A stretch of 64,000 nucleotides of DNA from Patescibacteria group bacterium. GTDB lineage: Bacteria > Patescibacteriota > Patescibacteriia > SG8-24. The notes under the pieces were generated by a model, which ran no database searches, was not told the DNA's origin, and saw only the letters and a program-made list of their open reading frames with translations. Positions within the stretch are counted from its first letter, which is position 1; each line of letters opens with the position of its first letter. The position numbers were made by a program, and so were the translations under genes. Positions 8,094 to 17,700 of this stretch are shown here, piece by piece. The stretch covers positions 1,714-65,713 of the forward strand of contig JBAYFM010000008.1 of the NCBI GenBank assembly GCA_041667185.1, in the 5' to 3' direction.

Positions 8094-8846
8094 CTAGCCG
8101 AATTCCGTGCGGCGCGGCGACTGTTCGATGATTTTCAGAGCCTCTTCGGCCGTGTCCACCAGCCGATAGAGTTTTTTGTCGCTCGCCGATACGGCCTGAT
8201 AGCGCTCCTGCACCATCTCGTCGACCCACTTTAGGAACGGCGACCAGAATTCTTTGCCCACCAGGATGATCGGGATCTTGGCCGAGATCTTTTTGGTCTG
8301 GATCAGGGTGATAATCTCGGTCAGTTCGTCGAACGTGCCCCAGCCGCCGGGCATGTAGACGTAGGCCTGGGCGGAGTAGGCGAGCATGACTTTGCGGACG
8401 AAGAAATAGTGGAAGCTGACGCCTTTTTCGACGAACGGGTTGGCCCGCTGCTCGAACGGCAGCTTGATGTTGAGTCCGAAAGAGTCGCCCGGACCGCCGC
8501 CTTCGCTCGCGCCCATGTTGGCCGCTTCCATGATGCCCGGACCGCCGCCCGTGATGACGCTGTAGCCTTTGTCAGCCAGGAGCCGCCCGAGTTTGCGAGC
8601 CTCCTGATACCAGCGGTTCTTCTTCGGGAAGCGCGCTGAACCGAAAATCGTCACGCTTTTTTTGACGTCGGCGAGGAAATTCCAGCCGTCGACGAATTCG
8701 GCCATGATGCGCAACACGCGCCAGTGGAAGGAATTGCGGAAGTCAGCCTCGTGTTCGAAGACCGGCAGCTCGGAAGCCGGGACGTTGAGATCCTGGGCCC
8801 GAGTCAGCGTCTTGGGCAGTTTCTTTTTGGAGGCCTTTTTTTTCAT
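8094..8846 (-). CDS. LOG family protein (cytokinin riboside 5'-monophosphate phosphoribohydrolase-like, TIGR00730)
   Basis: GGGPGIMEAANMGA and PGGWGTFDELTE motifs. Confidence 0.85.
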   Translation of the reverse strand: MKKKASKKKLPKTLTRAQDLNVPASELPVFEHEADFRNSFHWRVLRIMAEFVDGWNFLADVKKSVTIFGSARFPKKNRWYQEARKLGRLLADKGYSVITGGGPGIMEAANMGASEGGGPGDSFGLNIKLPFEQRANPFVEKGVSFHYFFVRKVMLAYSAQAYVYMPGGWGTFDELTEIITLIQTKKISAKIPIILVGKEFWSPFLKWVDEMVQERYQAVSASDKKLYRLVDTAEEALKIIEQSPRRTEFG

Positions 8847-8855
8847 AGGTCGTAT

Positions 8856-9236
8856 TTAATCGTTATCAGATCCGGCCGTCGAGCTGCTTTTGAAGCCGAA
8901 GATCCGGCAGAGTCCGGCCGCGCCGTAACTTCGCGCGATCTTCGGGCCGCATGTTCCGGAGATGAGCAGGCTGAGGAAATATTCGTCCTGATCGCGGAAG
9001 GCGGCGTCGAGCCGCTTCAGTTCGCCGCGGTTATAGACCACGCCCCAGATGCCGCTGAATTCGCCGGATTCGCAAAGTTCGAAGATGATGGCGTCGCCCG
9101 GAGCCCGGTTGACGCAGTCCGGACAGTAGATCTTGGTGACCGTGTCGCCTTTGAATTCCGAAGTGAAGACGAGTTCGCGTTGGCCGCAGAGGCAGCGCTC
9201 GGTGTGTTCCATAATCCTGGGGCTAAGGTTGGTCAT
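8856..9236 (-). CDS. hypothetical Cys-rich protein (alternative start at 9212)
   Basis: CLCGQ...CPDC pairs suggest a zinc-ribbon. No family recognised. Confidence 0.4.
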   Translation of the reverse strand: MTNLSPRIMEHTERCLCGQRELVFTSEFKGDTVTKIYCPDCVNRAPGDAIIFELCESGEFSGIWGVVYNRGELKRLDAAFRDQDEYFLSLLISGTCGPKIARSYGAAGLCRIFGFKSSSTAGSDND

Positions 9237-9281
9237 TGTTCAGTGTCGACCGGCTTGTGTTGTTCTCGTGCTGGAGCGTGG

Positions 9282-10262
9282 TCACTTCCACAGATCGATA
9301 CTGATCCGTTTCAGTACGCCGGCCGAAGGATAATTGTTGATGATGCCGCGCTTGGCGCCCATCTGTTGGATGACGCTGGAAGCGTTCCAGATACCGACGG
9401 CCAGGCCGTAGCGCAGGTCGTCTTTTTTCATCAGTCCGGCGACGAAACCCGAACCGAAAGCATCGCCAGCTCCTGTGACATTGAGGTGTTTGACGTTCAT
9501 GGCCGCGACGTGCCAGCTGTCTTTGTGGTTAGCTACGTAAGCGCCATTCTTGCCATCGGTGATCATGAGCGCCTGGCGCGGTAGGCCGCGGAGCGCGTCC
9601 CGGAGCGCGGCGATATCGCGATCGCGTCGTCCGGTGAGCAGCATCGCCTCCTCGACGTTCAGGTTGAAAACGTCGGTTTTGCGGATGAGCGGGGTCAGCC
9701 GGTCGAGGCCGTGCCGGAGTTCTTTGGTGCCGGGATTCCAGGCGACCTTGATGCCGTTCTTTTTGGCGAAGTTCAGTGTTTTTTCCATGAGCGCCAATTT
9801 GCCGCCGAGGGAGGTTATATAGAACCATTTGGCGCCGATGTACTGCCAAGGGATGAGTTTGGCCGAGATCATTTCCGAAGCGCCGCGATAGACAAGTACG
9901 GTCCGTTCGCCGGTGCCGGTCAGAATGATCGCTGAAAAAGCCGTCTGGTCGTCGCGATCGGTCTGCATGAAGCCGGTCGAGATCCGTTCCGAACGGAGCG
10001 TCTCGAGCACCGCCCGGCCGCCATCATCGTTGCCGACGGAACTCACGATCGCGGTGCTGTAGCCGAGGCGGCTGAAGGTCGTGGCCGCGTTAGTCGCGCC
10101 GCCGCCGGTCTCGAGCACCAGGTTGTTGATCTCGATCTTGGCGCCGAGCGGAAAGCAGCCCTCCATGGTGTGGGTCGCGTCGTCGCTCTCGATGATCTCG
10201 AGGGCGGAGCTTCTGATGAAGACATCGCGAGTGGCAGAGCCGAAAGTGATGACATCGTACAT
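9282..10262 (-). CDS. PfkB family carbohydrate/ribokinase-like kinase
   Basis: GGGATNAA N-terminal motif and C-terminal VTGAGDAFGSGFVAG (DTxGAGD). Start at MYDVITFGSATRD; the longer ORF N-terminus runs through a GGGAG-rich repeat and is rejected. Confidence 0.8.
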   Translation of the reverse strand: MYDVITFGSATRDVFIRSSALEIIESDDATHTMEGCFPLGAKIEINNLVLETGGGATNAATTFSRLGYSTAIVSSVGNDDGGRAVLETLRSERISTGFMQTDRDDQTAFSAIILTGTGERTVLVYRGASEMISAKLIPWQYIGAKWFYITSLGGKLALMEKTLNFAKKNGIKVAWNPGTKELRHGLDRLTPLIRKTDVFNLNVEEAMLLTGRRDRDIAALRDALRGLPRQALMITDGKNGAYVANHKDSWHVAAMNVKHLNVTGAGDAFGSGFVAGLMKKDDLRYGLAVGIWNASSVIQQMGAKRGIINNYPSAGVLKRISIDLWK

Positions 10263-10263
10263 A

Positions 10264-10340
10264 TGGTTGGAGTGGGGGAGTTGGGGAGTGGGGGAGTTGG
10301 GGAGACCGACTCTCCCGCACTTCTCCACTTCCGCACTCTC
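10264..10340. repeat. GGGAG-rich intergenic element (family instance a)
   Basis: GAGTGGGGGAGTTGGGGAG x2, then GACCGACTCTCCCGCACTTCTCCACTTCCGCACTCTC. On the mRNA strand it gives a pyrimidine-rich CTCCCCAACTCCC leader immediately 5' of the kinase start. Confidence 0.6.
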
Positions 10341-11289
10341 ATTTTTTCATCTTGCCAGCCCGGCCTTGGGAGCCGAACAGTTCCATTTTATGGCGCGCGA
10401 CTTCTTTCATCAGTTTTTTCGACGGCGCCAGGAGCGCGCGCGGGTCGATGGTCTTGTGGTTCAGCAGAACAGCCTCGCGCAGACCGGCGGTGAAAGCGAT
10501 GCGCAGGTCGGAATCGATGTTGATCTTCCTGATGCCGTTCGCTACCGCCCGGCTGATCTCGGAGTCCGGGATGCCGACAGCTCCGTCAAGCCGGTCGCAA
10601 TCTCCGAGTTCCGCGCAATGTTCTTTGGTCTTGGCGACCAGTTCCGGCGAGACGCCCGAGGCGCCGTGCAGGACGAGCGGAATTTTGACCAGTGCGTCGA
10701 TCTTTTTCAGCCGTTCGATGTCGAGTTCGGGCGCGATCTTGGATTTGAAAGCGCCGTGGGCCGTGCCGATGGAGATGGCCAGCGAATCACAGCCGGTCGC
10801 TCGGGCGAAGTCCGCGGCCTGTTGCGGGTCGGTGAAAAAAGCCTGTTTTTCCTCGACGCTGACCAGGTCTTCCACGCCTTTAATGGCGCCGATCTCCGCC
10901 TCGACCGAAACTTTTTTCTTTTTCGCCCAGGCGACGACCTGTTTCGTCTTGGCGACGTTCTCTTTATACGGCAGCAGCGAGCCATCGAACATCACGGAGG
11001 TATAACCGGCGGCGATCGCTTTTTTGATGAGCTTCAGGTCCTTGCCGTGGTCGAGGTGAATGGCGACCGGAACCGGCGTGGCGGCGGCGACCCGCATCAG
11101 AGCCAGAAGATAATCCAGGCCGGCGTATTCGATCGCGCCCTCGCTCGTCTGGATGATGACCGGAGATTTTTCCTCGACAGCCGCTTCGATGACCGCCTGC
11201 AGGATCTCCAGATTGTTGACGTTGAAAGCGCCGACGGCGTAGCAACCTTTATCGGCGGCGACCAGGATCTTTTTCGCGCTGCAGAGCAT
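10339..11289 (-). CDS. fba: class II fructose-1,6-bisphosphate aldolase
   Basis: Ketose-bisphosphate aldolase class II features: ...VIIQTSEGAIEY..., PVAIHLDHG, VMFDGS. Confidence 0.9.
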   Translation of the reverse strand: MLCSAKKILVAADKGCYAVGAFNVNNLEILQAVIEAAVEEKSPVIIQTSEGAIEYAGLDYLLALMRVAAATPVPVAIHLDHGKDLKLIKKAIAAGYTSVMFDGSLLPYKENVAKTKQVVAWAKKKKVSVEAEIGAIKGVEDLVSVEEKQAFFTDPQQAADFARATGCDSLAISIGTAHGAFKSKIAPELDIERLKKIDALVKIPLVLHGASGVSPELVAKTKEHCAELGDCDRLDGAVGIPDSEISRAVANGIRKINIDSDLRIAFTAGLREAVLLNHKTIDPRALLAPSKKLMKEVARHKMELFGSQGRAGKMKK

Positions 11290-11292
11290 AGG

Positions 11293-12252
11293 TCACTTTC
11301 TCTTGAGGGCTTTTAAGACGGCTTTTTTGATGCCCGCGGCATCGAGTCCGAATTTGGACCAGAGTTCTTGACCCGATCCGGATTCGCCGTAGCGGTCCTG
11401 TACGCCGACGAATTCGATCGGCGTCGGGAGTTCGCGTGCCAGGGTTTCGGCGACGGCCGAGCCCAGGCCGCCGATGATCTGGTGATCCTCGACCGTGACG
11501 ACGGCGCCGCATTTGGCGGCCGCGGCCACGACGGCTTTTTCGTCGAGCGGTTTGATGGTGTGGCTGTTCAGGACCAGGCAGCCGATGCCTTTTCGGGCGA
11601 GCGCGTCAGCCGCTTCGAGGGCGGCGGCGACCTGCGGGCCGCAGGCGATGATGGCACAGTCGCGGCCGTCGCGGAGCTGCCGGGCTTGGCCGATCCGGAA
11701 TTTCGAAGCCGCGGACGTGAAGACCGGCGATTTTTCCCGGCTGAGCCGGAGGTAGACCGGTCCGACATGTGTGGCCGCCGCGAGCGTCGCTTGCCGGGCT
11801 TCAACGGCGTCGGCGGGGACGATGACGGTCATGTTGGCGAGTACGCGCATCGTGGCGATGTCTTCGAGAGACTGGTGCGTGGCGCCGTCCGGTCCGGTCG
11901 CGAGCCCGGCGTGCGAGCCGACGATCTTCACGTTGGCGTTGTTGATGCAGATGTTGGTGCGGATCTGTTCCCAGGCGCGGCCGGGGGAGAAGGCGGCGTA
12001 GGCGGCGACGAACGGGATTTTGCCGCCGAGCGCCAAGCCGGCTCCGAGCGCGGCGAGCAGTTGTTCGTGGACGCCGAGCTGGACGAAACGCTCGGGGAAT
12101 TCTTTCTTGAAAGCCGCCATGCGCACCGAATCAGTGACGTCGGCGCAGAGGCCTATGATCTTCCGATCCTGGCGCGCGGCCAGAACCAGACCTTCGCCGA
12201 ATCCGTCGCGCGTGGCTTTCAGGACTTGTTCTTTTTTGGCTTGGGGTCTCAC
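11293..12252 (-). CDS. transketolase, C-terminal (pyrimidine-binding) subunit
   Basis: Split transketolase B subunit: ...AAYAAFS..., SHAGLATGPDGATHQ, VGVQDRYGESG. Confidence 0.85.
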   Translation of the reverse strand: MRPQAKKEQVLKATRDGFGEGLVLAARQDRKIIGLCADVTDSVRMAAFKKEFPERFVQLGVHEQLLAALGAGLALGGKIPFVAAYAAFSPGRAWEQIRTNICINNANVKIVGSHAGLATGPDGATHQSLEDIATMRVLANMTVIVPADAVEARQATLAAATHVGPVYLRLSREKSPVFTSAASKFRIGQARQLRDGRDCAIIACGPQVAAALEAADALARKGIGCLVLNSHTIKPLDEKAVVAAAAKCGAVVTVEDHQIIGGLGSAVAETLARELPTPIEFVGVQDRYGESGSGQELWSKFGLDAAGIKKAVLKALKRK

Positions 12253-12270
12253 AAAATGACCGGGTCAGCG

Positions 12271-13152
12271 TTAAATGAGGTCGGAACCAGGCTTGGGTTT
12301 GGCCTGGTAAGGCTTGGCGGCGTCTTTTCGGAGTTCCGCGAGCGCCTGGTCAGCCTGCTCGCACGTCGGCGTTTCGCCATGCCAGTGGAAATCATCCTCC
12401 ATGAAACTGACGCCCTTGCCGAGAGTCGTTCGGGCGATGATCGCCGTCGGACGCTGGCGCGAAGTTTTCGCTGTTTCCAGCGCTTGGATGATCGAAGGCA
12501 GATCATGTCCGTCAACGTCGATCACGTTCCAATTGAAAGCGAGGTATTTCTCACGGAGCGGTTCGAGGCGCATGATCGTTTCAGTTTCGCCATCAAGTTG
12601 GATGCGGTTGCGGTCGACCACGCAGATCAGGTTATTCAGATTGTTGGCGCCGGCGAAAAGCACGGCTTCCCAGTGCAGGCCGGCGTCGTGTTCGCCATCC
12701 GAGGTTAGGCACCAAGTCGTCCAGGTTTTGCGGTCCATTTTGGCAGCCAGCGCCAGGCCGGCGGCTTGCGCCAGGCCGGCTCCGAGAGGACCGGAGGTGC
12801 TTTCGAGCCCTGGCAAGCGTTCGCGTTCCGGATGCCCCTGCAGCCGCGAACCCAGGCGCCGCAGGGTCAGGAGCTCGCGTTCGGGAAAATAACCGGCCAG
12901 CGCCATGGCCGCGTAGCGCGCCGGGCAGATGTGGCCGTTCGAAAGTATCAGGCGGTCGCGGTCCGGCCAGTCCGGTTTTTTCGGATCGTGTTTCAGGATG
13001 TGAAAATACAGGGCCGCGAAAATATCGGCCATGCCCAGGGATCCGCCGGGGTGGCCAGAGCCAGCCTCAGCCAGCATAGAGATCACCAACTGGCGGATGC
13101 GGCTGGCTTTTTGGCTTAATTCGACGATTTTTTTTTGGTTGGGAGAAGCCAT
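12271..13152 (-). CDS. transketolase, N-terminal (TPP-binding) subunit
   Basis: GSGHPGGSLGMADI, LSNGH and GPLGAGL motifs of the transketolase TPP-binding domain. Confidence 0.85.
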   Translation of the reverse strand: MASPNQKKIVELSQKASRIRQLVISMLAEAGSGHPGGSLGMADIFAALYFHILKHDPKKPDWPDRDRLILSNGHICPARYAAMALAGYFPERELLTLRRLGSRLQGHPERERLPGLESTSGPLGAGLAQAAGLALAAKMDRKTWTTWCLTSDGEHDAGLHWEAVLFAGANNLNNLICVVDRNRIQLDGETETIMRLEPLREKYLAFNWNVIDVDGHDLPSIIQALETAKTSRQRPTAIIARTTLGKGVSFMEDDFHWHGETPTCEQADQALAELRKDAAKPYQAKPKPGSDLI

Positions 13153-13258
13153 AACGGCCTTAATGCCGCTTAAATTATATCATTTTTCAGCGTTGCGGTA
13201 TAGCCGCCGCGCGGGTACAAAAAATCCCGCCGAGGCGGGCGTCGCGATATTTTCCGGA

Positions 13259-13471
13259 TCAGTCGAACTTTTTCTTATGGATATGTTTGGCGAGTTCGGC
13301 CCGCAGGAGTTCGGCCTGCTTCTCGTCTTCGCCGAGGATCTTTTCGAACAAGGCGATGCAATCCGGACAGTCCATCTCTTTGGCGTCCGCGCAGTAATGT
13401 TTTTCGATGCGCCAAGTGTCGTCGAGTTTCTGCAGCAGCATCTTCACCAGGTTGTAGTTGGCGTTTTTCAT
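13259..13471 (-). CDS. small hypothetical protein with C..C pair (70 aa)
   Basis: MKNANYNLVKMLLQKLDDTWRIEKHYCADAKEMDCPDC... Sits between tkt and rpe in the same orientation. Confidence 0.4.
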   Translation of the reverse strand: MKNANYNLVKMLLQKLDDTWRIEKHYCADAKEMDCPDCIALFEKILGEDEKQAELLRAELAKHIHKKKFD

Positions 13472-14118
13472 AGCTTTTGATTTTCCTGGACGATCCGTTT
13501 CAGTTCGGCGAGAGCGGCCGCGGGATCCGGGCTGTTGGTGAGCGCATTGGCCGCGACCAGGCAGTCGGCTCCGGCTCGGATGAGTTTGGGGGCTGTTTCG
13601 AGATTGACGCCGCCGTCAATGGAAATATTCAGGGCCGGACGGATGACTTTCAGAGCTTCGATCTTGTCGAGCGTGATCGGCAACATGGTTTGGCCGCTGG
13701 CTCCGGGGTTTACGCCCATGATCAGGACGTTCTTGATCTTGTCGAGCATCGGCGTGATCCGCGAGAGCGGCGTGTCGGGGTTGATGGCGATGCCGACCTT
13801 GCCGGATTCCTTGTCAGCTGAGCGCAGGATCAGCTCCTCGCGTTCGGTCGCTTCGATATGGAAAAAGACCCGCGCGGCGCCGGCTGCGAGCCAGACAATG
13901 GCCATGTGTTCCGGGTTGTCGACCATGAGGTGTGCTTCGAACGGGATTCCTTTGAGCAATCCAGGGATCTTTTCCGGGTCGGCCCAGGTGGTGTTCGGCA
14001 CGAAGCGGCCGTCCATGACGTCGATTTGGACCATGACTCCGAGCGGGCGGATCTTTTCGATCTTGGCGATGAATTCTTCCTCGGTCCGGGCGAGGATGGC
14101 GGGAATCACTTGCGGCAT
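13468..14118 (-). CDS. rpe: ribulose-phosphate 3-epimerase
   Basis: MPQVIPAILART...QIDVMDGRFVPN... Start at M50 of ORF 13468-14265; overlaps the rpiB stop by 13 nt. Confidence 0.85.
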   Translation of the reverse strand: MPQVIPAILARTEEEFIAKIEKIRPLGVMVQIDVMDGRFVPNTTWADPEKIPGLLKGIPFEAHLMVDNPEHMAIVWLAAGAARVFFHIEATEREELILRSADKESGKVGIAINPDTPLSRITPMLDKIKNVLIMGVNPGASGQTMLPITLDKIEALKVIRPALNISIDGGVNLETAPKLIRAGADCLVAANALTNSPDPAAALAELKRIVQENQKL

Positions 14119-14594
14119 AAGCAACGGCCGCGTTGTTCGTAGTCGTGGATCTGTTTCAGACGCCGGCGATGGCGCGCGGAATCGGAGAAAGACGTCGCCA
14201 GCCAGAGTCTGATCAGGCGCAGCGCTGTCGAGACGCGACCGCTCGGCGTGCGGGCGCCGAGGCACATCACGTTGGCGTCGTTGTGTTCGCGGGAGAATTT
14301 GGCCGAGTAGGCGTCATAGACCAGGGCGCCGCGGATGCCGGCCACCTTGCTCGCGGCCAGGCATTCGCCGATGCCGCTGCCGCCGAAGAAGATGCCGACG
14401 CTCTTGCCGCGGGACTTCGCCACGGCTTCGGCCGCTGGGATGATGAAGTCGGGATAATCGCTCGGTTCAGCGGAAAAAGCGCCTAAGTCGCGCACTTCGT
14501 GGCCCTGGCCGCGCAAAAAAACCACGACCGCTTCCTTGAGCTTGAAGCCGGCATGATCGCTGGCGAGATAGATCGTTCGTTTTTTGGCGGCCAT
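14106..14594 (-). CDS. rpiB: ribose-5-phosphate isomerase B
   Basis: RpiB/LacAB family: IYLASDHAGFKLKE..., CLGARTP. Confidence 0.85.
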   Translation of the reverse strand: MAAKKRTIYLASDHAGFKLKEAVVVFLRGQGHEVRDLGAFSAEPSDYPDFIIPAAEAVAKSRGKSVGIFFGGSGIGECLAASKVAGIRGALVYDAYSAKFSREHNDANVMCLGARTPSGRVSTALRLIRLWLATSFSDSARHRRRLKQIHDYEQRGRCLCRK

Positions 14595-14737
14595 GTCGAT
14601 GAGTCTTTAGCTGCTTCTATATTATAATTCTATCATAATCAGCCCGGGCGCGTCATTAAGCCGGTCTGACGGTAAAATTAGGCGCGCCCCGTCCGATGGT
14701 TTACTTTTATCCGATATCTGCTTATAATTGGCTTCAT

Positions 14738-17700
14738 ATGGCGAAATTTCATCTACCATCGATCGAAGAGGAGCAACTGAAAAAATGGGACGAAAAAGAC
14801 GTTTTCCGCCAGGTCCTGAACAAGCCGGACCAGGGAAAGTCGTTCGTTTTTTTCGAGGGGCCGCCAACGGCCAACGGCAAGCCGGGCATTCATCATGTGC
14901 TCGCGCGGTCGTTCAAGGACGTCATCCTGCGTTTCCGCACCATGCAGGGACACAAGATCGACCGCAAGGCCGGCTGGGACACGCATGGCCTGCCGGTCGA
15001 ACTCGAGGTCGAGAAACAGCTCGGATTCACGCAGAAGAAACAGATCGAGGAGTTCGGCATCGCCAACTTCAACGCCAAGTGCAAGGAGTCGGTCTGGAAG
15101 TATCTCGACATCTGGCAGCAGATGACGAAGCGCATCGCGTTCTGGGTCGATCTCGAACATCCCTACATCACTTACACCAACGATTACATCGAGTCGCTCT
15201 GGTCGATCATCAAGGAGATCGATCGCAAGGGTTTGTTGTACCAAGGTTATCGCGTGACGCCGCACTGCCCGCGCTGCGTGACTTCGCTGTCATCGCACGA
15301 GTTGGCGCAGGGCTACAAGGATGTCGACGATCAGTCGGTCTACGTGAAGTTTCCGATCGATGCTGCGGCCAAGCGCTACTTCCTCGTCTGGACCACGACG
15401 CCGTGGACGCTGCCGGGCAATGACGCTCTCGCTGTCGGCGCGGCCGTGACCTATGCCGAGGTGAAGATGAAAGCGACGGGCGAGACCTATATTTTGGCTA
15501 AAGACAGGCTTGTCAGTCTCGACGGCGAGTACGATATCTTGTCGGAAAAGACCGGGGAGCAGCTGGTCGGCATCGCGTACCAGCCGCTTTATGACACCGC
15601 CAAGGCGTTCACCGCGGCCGCTGAATCTTCACGTCTCGCGAACGCCTACAAAGTTTATGCGGCTGGTTTCGTTTCGACGACCGACGGCACCGGCATCGTC
15701 CACATCGCGCCGGCGTTCGGCGAGGATGACGCGCGTCTGGGCGAAGCGGCCAAGCTGCCGACTCTGCTCACGGTCGATTCGACCGGCATGATGCTGGCCG
15801 AGGCTCCGGGCAAAGGCAGGTTCATCAAGAAGGCCGACGAGGACGTCAAAGCTGATCTCACCGCGCGCGGCCTGCTTTACAAATCCGAGACCTATCGCCA
15901 CGCCTACCCGTTCTGCTGGCGCTGCGGCACGCCGCTCCTGTATTACGCCAAGAATTCCTGGTACATCCGGATGTCCGAGTTGCGCGAGAAACTGCAACAG
16001 CACAACCAGGCGATCAACTGGGTCCCGGATCACATCCGCGACGGCCGTTTCGGCGAGTGGCTGCGCGAGGTCAAGGATTGGGCGCTGTCCCGTGAGCGTT
16101 ATTGGGGGACGCCGCTGCCGATCTGGCGCTGCGAGTCGTGTCAGGAACGCCTGACCATCGGCGGCATGGAAGAGATGAAGAAGCTCGCGCGTCCGGGCAA
16201 TACTTATTATCTGCAGCGCCACGGCGAGGCCGAGAATAACGTTGCGAACGTGGTGAGCTCGTATCCGGAGCTTAAAGAATGGCATCTGACGGCTCAGGGA
16301 CGCGAACAGGTCCAGGTTGCCGCCAAGGAATTGAAGCAGCATGGCATCGATCTGATTTTCGCCTCCGACCTGCTGCGCACCAAAGAGACCGCCGAGATCA
16401 TCGCCGCGGAGCTTGGCTTGCCGGTCGTTTATGATCCGCGCCTGCGCGAGCTTGGCGTCGGCGAGGCCAACGGCAAAACCATCGCGGAATTCCACGCGCA
16501 ATTCGCGAGCAAACTGGAACGTTTCGACAAGCCGGCCGTCGGCGGCGAGAATCTGCGCGACTGCCGCCGTCGCTTGGTCGCGTTCGTCAAAGAACTGGAA
16601 GCGAAATATTCCGGCCAGCGAATCCTGATCGTGAGCCACGGCGATCCGATCTGGATGCTGGATTCCGGATTCGGCGGCGCGAGCGACGAAGAGACATTGA
16701 CGTGGCGGTATAACGCCGTCGGCGCGTTCAGCGAGTTCCGGCCGGATGGCCTGCCGCGCGACGATCAGGGCCGCATCGATCTGCACCGCCCCTATGTCGA
16801 TGAGGCGGCGCTCGCGTGTCCCAAATGTTCTGGCGCCATGAAACGGTCGACCGAGGTTCTCGATTGCTGGTTCGACTCGGGCGCCATGCCGTTCGCGCAA
16901 TGGCACTACCCCTTCGAGAACGCCGAACGCATCGACCAGGGCCGGAATTTCCCAGCCGACTACATCTCCGAAGCCATCGATCAGACCCGCGGCTGGTTCT
17001 ACACCCTCCTCGCGGTCTCGACCCTGCTCGACAAGCCGACGCCGCCCTACAAGAACGTCATCTGCCTCGGCCACGTGCTCGATGCCAAAGGCCAGAAGAT
17101 GTCCAAGTCCAAGGGCAATGTCGTCGATCCCTGGCTGATGATCTCCAAGTACGGCGCCGACGCCATCCGTTATCATTTCTTCACCGTGAACCAGCCGGGC
17201 GAACCGAAATGTTTCGACGAGAAGTCGCTCGACGAGGTGACGAAGAAAGTTTTCCTGATCCTCTGGAACGTCCTGACTTTCTGGCAGATGTATGCCGGGG
17301 AGAAAGCGCGTGCGACCGACGCATCGCCGGCTTCGCAGAACGAACTCGACCGCTGGATCCTGGCGGAACTGGCCGAACTCGGCTCGCAGCTCACCGGACG
17401 ACTGGAGAGTTACCAGGTCGTCGACGCCTGCCGCAGCCTGGGCGACTTCATCAACAGCCTGTCCACCTGGTACCTGCGCCGCAGCCGCGACCGTTTCAAG
17501 GGCGAGCCGACGGAGCGCCAGGCAGCCGTAGAAACGCTGGGTTACGTGCTTTTGACGCTGTCTCGGCTCATGGCGCCGTTCACGCCGTTCTTGGCCGAGG
17601 CACTGTACGCCGAGGTTGGCGGGCCGCTGGCTTCGGTCCACTTGGACGCGTGGCCGACGCTGAAGTCGCTTGAAGACGCGACCTTGCGCACCAAGATGGA

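Noticed and set aside
10081-12708. + strand ORFs 10081-11316 and 11368-12708 opposite fba/transketolase
   Set aside because: Antisense to strongly conserved genes. Composition is artefactual.
16195-16775. Intein inside ileS
   Set aside because: The insert lacks intein splicing motifs (N-terminal Cys/Ser block A, C-terminal HN+Cys/Ser/Thr) and any homing-endonuclease motif. Instead it has RHG/SHG histidine-phosphatase motifs and is in-frame and continuous with the IleRS zinc-knuckle region.
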